Shown: positions 25,993-36,354 of the stretch, piece by piece
Layout: every line of letters starts with the position of its first letter
How positions within the stretch are numbered: position 1 is the first letter of the stretch
NCBI GenBank assembly: GCA_965285935.1
Contig: OZ260666.1
Coordinates: 3,596,001-3,660,000, forward strand
From: Ophelia neglecta
Taxonomy: Eukaryota
Length of the DNA stretch: 64,000 bases
Reading direction: 5' to 3'
Program-made: the position numbers and the translations under genes
Notes under the pieces: generated by a model
What the model saw: the letters and a program-made list of their open reading frames with translations, nothing else
Told to the model about the DNA's origin: nothing
Database searches by the model: none

Positions 25993-28900
25993 ATGGGGTC
26001 CGAGTTGATCGTCCTACTTCTATGTCTGTGCCATGTAGCAGATGTTATGACCGCACCAGCTAGTGGTAAGTACCGCACCACCTAGGGGTAAGTACCGCAC
26101 CAGCTAGTGGTAAGTACAGCACCAGCTAGGGTTAAGTACCGCACCACCTAGTGGTAAGTACCGCACCACCTAGTGGTAAGTACCACACCAGCTAGTGGTA
26201 AGTACCGCACCAGCTAGTGGTAAGTACCGCACCAGCTAGTGGTAAATACCGCACCAGCTAGTGTAATTTACCACACCAGCTAGTGGTAAGTTCCGCACCA
26301 GCTAGTGGTAAGAACCGCAACAGATAGTGGTAAGTACCGCGCTACCCAGTGGTAAGCACCGTGCCGCCTTTGTGGTAAGTACCCAACCACTTTGTGGTGA
26401 GTACCACGCCACCTTGTGTTAAGTACCCATCCATCTAGTGGTAAGAACCAGAATGGTGTAATGACTTGGGTTAGTAAGGTATTGGACGCCTTAATATGTC
26501 TGTGTTTAAAGGATAAAGATAAAGGTGTTTTCTGAATCATATTCACATTTGAAGAAGGCAAACATTATGAAGATGGATTTATTTATAACTTATAGAACCC
26601 TACAATGTGTAACTTCCACAGGTACAGTCACTCGAGTGAATATTGGCGACAACGCCATCCTGCGGTGGAAACTGCCGAAGGAAAATGACATAGAACCAAC
26701 AAAATGTTATGACACGAACAAGAACAACACATTTAACATTGTGAACATGACCGTGTTACCCAAGAGTGGTAACTTCAGCCTGGGCTTGTCTGAGCTTTTG
26801 AATGCAGGGAGAAACGAGATCAGCCTAACAATGACATTGACAAATGTGACGAGGGAAGACGCTGGTTCGTACAAATGTCGTCGTACTAGCTATAGTGAAA
26901 CCAACACTGTTTTTGTCTGGGGTAAGTTTCCTTTGGGTTTTTCCGTGGCCCTGAAAGACTATGTGTCCGATATTTTAATTGGCGACTGAAAAAACAATCA
27001 GTGAACTAGTAAATATATCGTCGTATTTTAGTATAAGTAAGACTTTCTTAATGATTTCTTTCATTAAATGTCTATTCCCGTTTATTTTCTTCATGGTGAA
27101 GAATAGGACAATGTAACTCTCCTTTTCTAGAAGGAAAAATAAATATGCAACCTCAAACGTGTTTAATAATCGATATGAAAATAAACTATACTTCGAGCCA
27201 CCCAGCAAACCATTAATCATAACATTTAGGTGTTCAAATATTTACTGTTTTATCATATATATCAAGTAGTATCTTTAAATTTTAAAATGGTCAAGTAACT
27301 GCTATATTTTATACTTATCGCCCTCACTGGGTGCGATGGAATGAATTCATATCATTATGTTTGCGTTGCAGGAAAACCAACTCCAGCCATAATTGATACA
27401 GAGGGTTTAAAATTAATGTGTGACGTCATTTCCACCTCTCTACCAGACTACGTTCGACCTCCGATGACTTACAGTTGGTTACGAGATGGCGCTTTAATCG
27501 GAAAAACCACGGATGAGTCTACCTATACGATACCCATACACAGCATATTTAACCCGTTCTCTGAATACTCCTGTCGAGGGAGGGAGTATGGCTCAAGTCT
27601 ACACTCAGACTCAAGTAGGCAAAACACATTAATAGTGGCTAGCAATATGGCTAAGCAAAACTGATTAAATTCATATCGACAACTTGCTATGGAACGCTTG
27701 TATATTGGCGAACAGGGTATATTTGTCCAATGTGCTGCAACCCGCTGCCAAAAGTACCAATTGGAAAGCTGATAAATCCTTTGTCGTGCACGAGGGGCGG
27801 AGAGGTGGGAATTACAGTCTATTAAGAGGTCGATCCCAAGTTTCGGAAATACTCCTGCCCCCCCCCCCCAACCCCGCAACTTGTATAGGGAGTATGTTAA
27901 TCGTATGGTCAATATTAACATTACACACTATTTTGAACAATATACAAACGAGTTCTGCTATAATCCGCTTGCAGAACAGGATTGTCTACAACTTTCCTAC
28001 CCCCGACCCCCCCCCCCCCCCCGCCACATACCCTCCCCAACCCTTCCAACCAATATCTATGTTTTATCCTGCAATTGATTCCAATGTAACGATCGTTTGT
28101 GTTTATTATACGAATATGAGCGTTTGTGTTTTAGGTGGCTCTGTACGGCTTCCTGTCTCTCCAAGACTGGTGGCGACAATCGCAGGATTTTGTGCCATAA
28201 CAATCCTTACACTACTTGTCGCACTATCCTGCTGTCAACGTGAGTGTATTTTCATTTCTTCAAAGTTAAGCACGTGTTCATATGCATTAAACTCCCTTGA
28301 TATCATCGCAACCGTATCTCAATATTATAAATAACATTACTTGAGGGACTGACATAACAAGAATTCACAAAGATCTATTAGACTAAAGTTTAACACTGCT
28401 TTTATATTACATGTACATAATATAATATTATCTTACTGCCATTTTATCTTACACTATCTCGGCGCATCAAATTGTTATCTTTCCGAATCAAATAATCTTA
28501 TTTTAATTTTGTTCTAGATTCAAAACAAAGAAAGCGAGCTGCATCAAGTTCCGTCACAAACGAACACGATCGTCAGAAGTCAGGTTGTCGTCACGAGAAA
28601 CGCGACCGACACGAGCCAGGCTGCCAACACGAACCCATCTGTCGTCAGAAGTCAGGCTGCCATCATGAACCTATCTGTCGTCAGAAGTCAGGCTGCCATC
28701 ATGAACCCATCTGTCGTCAGAAGTCAGGTTGCCATCACGAACAACGCTGCCATCATAGCCAAAGCCGTCACGAATCAAGCTACAATCAAGCACCTAGTTG
28801 TTGTCACGAGGAAGGTTGCCGACCTAATCCCCGCTGTCTTCAAGAGACACTCAGCCGTCATGAGTCAAACCCCCATCTGGAGACGACACTCCATGGTAAC

Positions 28901-29324
28901 GAGCCGCCCAACCGTCAGAACAATGATGAACATGTTGAGAGCATCACGGTAGAGAAGAGCGCCACGTTTCAGCCTCAATTGGAGGGTGAGTTTAAGGCCA
29001 TTATTTGACCGGCTAGTATAGTGAAGTGTTTCCGCGAGCTCTCATTATCCTGCCTGACATCCCCATTTGTCAGACTATTCCACTGACTAAATCAAGCGTC
29101 CAATATCCTTCAAACTTCTTTACTTTTGCGTTAAAACTATTCTTTCACAATAATCGAAACTTCCTAGATGAATTAATTAATGTTTCTTCATTTTCTAATT
29201 CGTGTCTTAACCACCAGAGGCCAGCGAGGGACAGCCTAGCACAGTCTTACCTACAGAAGTTCGATATTCATTTGTTTGGGTACCACGACCTCCGCCTTGT
29301 GTGCAGAAAGCGACCCAAAAATGA
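25993..29324 (+). CDS. Gene C: paralog of gene B; two Ig domains, TM, Cys/His repeat tail, ITIM-consensus motif (~431 aa)
   Basis: Phase-1 exons: 25993-26065 signal (MGSELIVLLLCLCHVAD); 26622-26921 V-like; 27372-27614 second Ig; 28135-28239 TM; 28518-28985 Cys/His repeat; 29218-29324 terminal exon (VRYSFVWVPRPPP...*). AATAAA at 29346. Exon sizes 243 and 105 are identical to gene B. Confidence 0.82.
26050..26448 (+). repeat. 22-bp minisatellite (accgcaccagctagtg|gtaagt) derived from gene C's signal-exon end and splice donor, ~18 units
   Basis: The first unit is the true exon end plus GTAAGT; later units degrade toward 26448. Confidence 0.92.
28518..28985 (+). CDS. Gene C cytoplasmic Cys/His-rich repeat exon
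   Basis: 468 nt, phase 1-1; reads ...GCRHEKRDRHEPGCQHEPI(CRQKSGCHHEPI)-type x3...CCHEEGC...; gtgagt donor. Confidence 0.8.
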
Positions 29325-30427
29325 AGACACCTATTCGCAAATACCAATAAAAAAGTAATTCCAAATTTTATCCCAAAATAATTAACGGCTTTATTGACTG
29401 TTGATGTTCGTCTGTGAAATATTAAACGACATGCAGTCGCACTTAATAATATGCATTAATATATAACAACAATGGGACTACTATATGTACTGAGGTGCTT
29501 ATGCTGTGGCATGCTATGTTATGCTATGCTTCTCTGGTTTAGCCCCATTTTGGGCTCTTGGGGTTTGTCTCGGAGGATTCTGTGGGGACTTAGCTTCCCT
29601 TCTGATATGGGAACCCTTTGCACAATCACCAAATGACAGCGGATATCTCTATAAGTAAGCCCTAGATTCGCCGTCAGGACGAACAGACGTCTTTACTTTT
29701 ATATAAAGATGATTTTCATGATAGGGACTTAAATGGGACCGTTCCTTTCCTTTAACTCCAGAAAAACACGCTCCTACATTTTATCTCATTTTAAAATACA
29801 CGGTTCCCTTTATCTATCACCAGAAAACACTTTCCCACACACTATCGGCCGGAAATACTACGTTTCGTATCAATCAAGCATATTTTTTATGCTTTTTTGA
29901 GTTAATACCGTAAAAAAGGGGGTTGTGTTGCGCGGTTGCAATATTTTGACGGTAAAAAAAAGTATAACATAGGTGAACATAATAAAAAAAAAAGTATCAT
30001 TGTACCCATTATGTACCCTTGGTTCTTGCAGGTCCCCTATAAAGTTTTCCTCTGTGTCGCTGGGTTCTTTTTGGTCTCGTGTATAGTTTTTATCAGTTTC
30101 GTGAGAGTACCAGCTAGTCTCCTCTAGAGATTTTATCAGTGTCACTTGGTTTCCTACAGTATTTTCCATGAATGGTATCTGCTGGTCCCCTCTAGAGTTT
30201 TCCGCCGTGTCGCTGGGGTCAGGCGTAAATATTGAATCAGTCGGTATATTACAAATCAACTGAACTCCAATGCCAGTACTATCAAGAAGTTAAGCTTTTC
30301 GTTGCCATTTCAATTAATTACTTGGACAACTCCAAATAGTTTTAAGAATACGGAGCCTTTTACACTGCTATGCCCTTGTAGACGGAAGTGGCACAAAATG
30401 TACATTTGATTTTATAAATTTTTAAGA

Positions 30428-30575
30428 CGTGTTATTTGTCCGTTTGCTATGAATTTTATTATTATAATAATGTGATTTATCTAATATGTTTCATGCGACA
30501 TTCCAATTCAACTTGTTTCGCACTATCTGTATTTAGTGACACAAATAGAATTATTCAAGCAAAAAACAACATGCT
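30428..30575 (-). pseudogene. Inverted relic of a gene-A-type cytoplasmic exon with in-frame stop
   Basis: Reverse complement gives gcttgaataattctatttgtgtcactaaatacag|ata... and ...ataacac|gtcttaaaat, resembling the flanks of exons 3837-3917 and 4659-4769; translation DSAKQVELECRMKHIR*. Confidence 0.5.
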
Positions 30576-31529
30576 TTTCCATTGTTTATTTAACCCTTTA
30601 CAGAAGAATATGAGGAATTTAATGCGTTTAAAAATAACATAATAATACAACAAACGATGATGCTCAGTGTCTAGGGCTGTTATGTCTTCATGTTAGCTGA
30701 TAAGGTCTTAAAACGGTATTCATCACATTAAGCTGAATATTATAAAAACAATAATATTAGAATAATTGTAAATCTATGCGAATATTATATACAAACCAGT
30801 AGTATATTGTCCATTTTATGGCTTTTCTTCACATCTAAGTAAATATGAGTATAATAATTAGTATGACAATTACATCGGTTCTTCATAATTATATTATTTC
30901 TATGTTGATTTCAATATTATTTATTAAGTAACTAGTATAGTAACCGCTATAACGATATTCATCCCATCAATCTGAGTATAAGACAAAATGAATGACAGTC
31001 GTTATAACGGTAGGGAACACAACATGTTAATTTGAAATATAAACAATATATGAGCAAGTATCTTAATCATCGTAATGATGGTTGTTCGTCTTACTGAATA
31101 TGGTATAAACAGTTAGTAGTACAATACTACTAATAGTATCCGTGTTCATCATAACTAATATTTTTGAAATGTATGATTACAAAAGAAGTATTACAATCAA
31201 TATAACAATGTTCTTTACAACCATCGGAATATTATACAACAAAAGTAGTCTGTATGCCATTAAAAGTAGTCTTTATAATGTTGGTTAACACATCAAGCTA
31301 AATTCAAATAGTGCTGGCACGGCGCCAGCACTATTAGATTCTCTACAAGCACACTGTGTGAGCTATAAGATAAACATTTAAGAGCCGAGGTTCCCTCTCT
31401 CCCATGGGCTCCCATTTCCCGCATTTAGCCTCACTCGTTCTTCATGCACCCATTCCTGTATTCAACTACCTGATCCATCCTTCCTCCAAAAATATGCGTG
31501 GCAGGCGTATATAAAGTAGAAGTCACTAC

Positions 31530-32230
31530 GCCTTTAAAGGTAACTTGTTCCCTAGGCAGCATGATTTAGCAAACAAGTAAGCTAAGGACGTCATTCAACT
31601 ATGTTTGGCATATCCTGATCATTTATGATAGGTATATGATAATCTGTATTGTATTGTTAATATAAAGCATTTGTAGTGTGAACACCTTAAATATAGAAAT
31701 TTAACTTAATTGTGCCTGCATTTAAAGACACTTTCTAACCTCCGCGTAGCTTATGAGAGATATTTTATCCTATATTACACTTCCGCGACAACGCACCAAA
31801 TCACTTTGTCATGTGTAAAAACCATGTTATCGTACCGGGAACATATCTCCATTAATCATTATTGCCTGCCAGAGACTTGTGCCCGGAAATTTTACCTCTC
31901 CGTGACCGGGAAACATAAAACGGAGGTGGAGGGAGAGTAGTCATTTTAATGACCGAGGCGTTCATTTCATGAATTTATTACATTTCATGTCGATAACAGA
32001 GACAGAGCGGCATGTTTTTTTACTGAATTATGATAAATTGTAAGTCAAACAATTAGAAGGTCGATTAACCTGATATGTCGTAGAAAGTGGTCGGCGTTTG
32101 TTGTCAACAAGCTATTTCCTATGGGAATTCTCACATTTGGCAAAGTGTTTATTGTTTAATAACACTATAGGGTTCCGTGGGTCTTAGCTCTTCAATATAA
32201 TAATAATATAACTAAAACAAATTTCATCAA
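31530..32230. repeat. Inverted copy of ~60-680
   Basis: Reverse-complement similarity to the region upstream of gene A. Confidence 0.85.
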
Positions 32231-32499
32231 AATTTACCAACACTATGACTAACGGCTGAGCGTACATTATCATATGTATGAAGCAATGTATTTGTTTTGT
32301 ACGCGTAATAATTGCGTGTTTGATAAATTTGAGTTGATGAATCGTCTGTTAGTGAGGTCTTAATATATGCAAGCTTTCAGATGATGGATACCAATTATTC
32401 AACCTACGCTACTGGGAGCGTCAATATTTGAGTGACTCATAACTGACAATGAAATCTACGGTAAACACTGAAATATTTTTCAACGGCGAAACTCGCAGA

Positions 32500-32895
32500 A
32501 ATGTGCAACATTCTTTTATGAAAATTGTAACATACCTGTATGAAATTTGTAACATTCCTGTATGAAATGTGAAACATTCCTGTATGAAATGTGAACCATT
32601 CCTGTATGAAATATGAAACATTCCTGTATTAAATTAGCAAAATTCACGTATGAAATGTTTAACATTCCTGTAGGAAATGTTTAACATTCCTGTAGGAAAT
32701 GCCTAACATTCCTGTATTAAATGTTCAACATTCCTGTATGAAATGTTCAACACCTATACGAATTGTGCAACATTCCTGTTGGAAATGTGCAACATTCCAG
32801 TATGAAATGTCAAACATTCCTGTGAGAAACGCCTAACATTCCTGTATGAAATGTTCAATATTCCTGTATAAAATATTTAACATTCCTGTAGGAAC
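32500..32895. repeat. 21-bp minisatellite (aacattcctgtatgaaatgtN), ~19 units
   Basis: Direct tandem repeats; same family as window positions 1-50 on the opposite strand. Confidence 0.93.
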
Positions 32896-33177
32896 TTTGC
32901 AATATTTTTGTTCTAGTAGAGTAGATTCTAAGTGACTCTTGCCTTACACTAACTAAATGGTTGTACTCATCACCTGACACATTAGCCTTATATTAACCCA
33001 CTAGTTGCGCATATCACAGCAATTACACGATTCATTCCGTTCCCTTCATGCGGCTGCTGGAAGGTTACACTCATTAGTCAGTGAGAGTTAATAAAAAGAT
33101 AGGGATGCATTGTCTAACTATAGGATCTTAATATGGAATATTGATTAAACGCGGAGGTACGGAGGCTAGGCGATGGC

Positions 33178-33215
33178 GGAAACTCGTAACGGGAAGTTTC
33201 TATGTCTCTATATAA
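33178..33215 (+). promoter_or_regulatory. Putative gene D core promoter: GGGAAGTTTC (ETS/kB-like) plus TATA-like box
   Basis: gaaactcgtaacgggaagtttctatgtctctatataa, homologous to the gene B promoter unit. Confidence 0.45.
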
Positions 33216-33595
33216 CTAGAATTGGCTACATTATCATGTAGATAACAGAGAGAGTGCGAGTGGCCCTGTCTATGTATAGATGGAAAGGCACACAACTAGA
33301 GATATGGATTACTTGTTAATTGGTGGAAAAGATGTGGGTGTATGTTATCAACCCACTATTTCCTTCCAGAATTTTCACATTTGGACACGATATTAAAAGT
33401 GCATAAACACCTTGAGCTACCGCGGGTCTCAGGCCTACATTTACATGGACTTTCAAGCAATATGACTACTCGCTGAGCGCATATTATTCTTTGTGTAGGG
33501 TGGCGTTTATTTGTGTGATCGATGAGTGTATTGATAACCAAGTAGCTGACTAATGCCCTGTTATTTAGCTGCCAGTGAAAATAAGCTTGCATGTG

Positions 33596-35528
33596 ATGGA
33601 GTCCAAGCTGATCGTACTACTAGTCTGTCTGTGTAAGATAACAGATGTTATGACCGCACCACCTGGCGGTAAGTACCAGAATTCATACATTGACGTATGT
33701 AGATTTCTTAGAATAAATTTATGATTGGTCAAGTAGTATACACCAAGTCTTATTCATTCATCATAACTGGCCGCTTTTAAAGTAACCTTATTCACCCTGA
33801 AAGGAGGATTTTATGCAAAGAATGATAAACATGGTAAGCCTTTTTTCCAGCTTCTTCAGTCACAGTCACTCGAGTGAGTGTTGGTGAAAAGGCCACCTTG
33901 TGGTGGAATCTTCCTGAGACAAATAGCAGAGAGCCACTCAAATGTTTTGATAAGAACGAGATGAACACATTTAACATTGTAAACGGGAGTGTGGTATTAA
34001 GAAATAGTAATAAATACAGCGTTAAGCATCTCTACGAAAAGATAAATGAGACCGGCCTAGAGATGACCTTCAAAAATGTCACGAGAAATGACGCTGGCCT
34101 CTACAACTGTTGTCGTACTAACTATAGTGAAAGCAATACACTTTTTGTCTGGGGTAAGTTCCCTTTCCTTTTCGCTCGGCCCTGAAAGGTGTAGATAAGT
34201 TGTTATTTCTTGTTGACGAAGTGTCTCATATATGTAGTTATAACTATATTACAGTCGCTTAGGCAATGCATAGATTGTCATATTTCAGTGCAGATAAACT
34301 CTTAAAGTAGTATCTCATGTATTAAATATCTAAGCTTCATAGTTTTTTGCATTTTTTTCCACAATGGGAAAGGTATAGCAACGTGGATAGCACTAATTGT
34401 CCAACTTCGAACATATTTCATTATGTTTATAGCAATTCATTAATTTACGAATGATTCGTCGGATTTCAATATTGGATATACTTGGTTAAATGAACTACAG
34501 GTTGATCTTTCTTATACTTGCAATAAAGCAGTAAATAGGTCTAGGTAATATAGATGCGTTACCATATTTATCGTCTTCTTGAGTCTTCTTGAGTCATAGA
34601 CTCTACACTAGTGTCAGACTCAAGTAAGCAACACACACTAATAGTGCTAACCAACGTAGCTTCTAAAACCGATGGAAATTCCCACTGCATGTTTTTACAC
34701 CGAACGTCGGTGAACTAATACGCGCATGTCCAGTTAAATCGGCTATCCGTATGCATGATTGTCCCAAGCCAGAGTGAGGTCCGATCCTCAGCGCTCTGGC
34801 CCTCGCTGCACTCATCTTGTATCCTCTAGACGCCGGCTGAAATAAAATGTGGACTTAAGACGGGCCTTTCTACTACTCTCTCTCCCGTCACTTAAAGTTG
34901 TTATTTTGCAATTACTATCAACTAATATATGATTTGAATATATTTAATATAATGTTTTCAGGTGGTTTTGTACGTCTTTCTATCACTCTGGGACTACTTG
35001 TGGGAATCACGGGAATTGGTGTCATAATATCCGCAGTACTCCTTATTATACTGGTCTGCTATCTACGTACGTGTCTTTTATCTTGAAAGAGAATTCCGCG
35101 CCTTCGTGTATTTTTTACTTTCTGAGCGCATATTCCCCGATCGAACAGAACAAAATGACCTGATTTCTCATCCATTTCATAAAATCCGAGACATTTCTTC
35201 CTCTAGCAAATAATCACATCTTAAATTTGGTCTAGGATCAAAACAAAGAAATGGACCTGCGTCAACCCAAACGACTTCCATTGTTGTCACAGACGAACAC
35301 GGTCGTTCCAGACCAGGTTGTCTTCACGAGCAAAGAAACCGTAATGAGCTCAGCTGTCCTCACGAACACAGGGGTCGTCAGGAGTCTGGCTGCTGTCACG
35401 AACAACGTTGCCGTCATGAGCGCTGTTGTCACGAGTCAAGGGGCAATCACGTCCATAGATGTCGTCACGAACCACTCTGCCGTCTACAGCCAAGCCGCAA
35501 TCGGGAGCAAACGCAGGAAAAATTATAA
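33596..35528 (+). CDS. Gene D: paralog with the second Ig exon deleted, a shorter Cys/His tail and no ITIM (~257-265 aa); may be a pseudogene
   Basis: 33596-33668 signal (MESKLIVLLVCLCKITD); 33851-34153 V-like; possible in-frame 24-nt remnant 34600-34623; 34962-35066 TM; 35236-35528 tail (...GCCHEQRCRHERCCHE...QEKL*). Confidence 0.7.
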
Positions 35529-36354
35529 TCAACCTGAAAATATACCACTGAAAATGTTTTATGGTGAGTAGAATATATAAACATCCCACAGGCTTCCTGT
35601 TAAATTACGGGGGTGTTCGATACAACTTCGGAGAATGTGTATAAAAAAAGAGCTAGGCTATGAAATGTAGGAACTTTGGGTTGCGTCCCAGCAATTTAAA
35701 TAAGCTAGGAGAGAGGGCGCAAAGTTAACACACACAAACACACACTTAGCTTACATGAAGTGATATATTATTTCGCAGCTATAAAAACAAGAAGAAAGGT
35801 AACATATGCATGTAAAATTTCACTTTCACATTTAATGATTAAAGCTTTATACCATGTATCCCAACAAATAGAATTACGCAACTTTATTGAGTCAGAAAAG
35901 GTATCATAGAGTTTGTTAATTAAGAGAAATTTGAGGCAGAGGCTAGACGCGCGTGGACAGTAACCAAACTTTTCGTGGCCAAAGTTTTGACATTTAATGA
36001 CCCTCCGATTTCAAAATAAGTAAATTTCTTTTGTACATCGTTTGATTTCATTATTGTTCTTCTCAATGTAGTTAATTTGAAACCGCTTAGTAATTATATA
36101 ATGAATTATTAAACCTAATAAATGTATGTATTTAAACTAAATATAAGACCATTCATGCCATTGTTGTCAAAAAATAAAGGCGGTGCTTAGTTGTTAAATC
36201 CAATATGTACAACCAATGTTGTATTTTTATCCTACAAGCATATTTACTCGTTACACGTGTTAGATAATGATTTACATTGTATATACGATTTGCAAATAAT
36301 AAAACGGCTTTAGAAATCCCAATTTTCTCTAGGTGTTGGCTCCTCATGTAATAA

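Noticed and set aside
33591-33598. ATGTGATG start-stop element overlapping gene D's start codon
   Set aside because: Not shared with paralogs B and C; may be chance without ribosome-profiling data.
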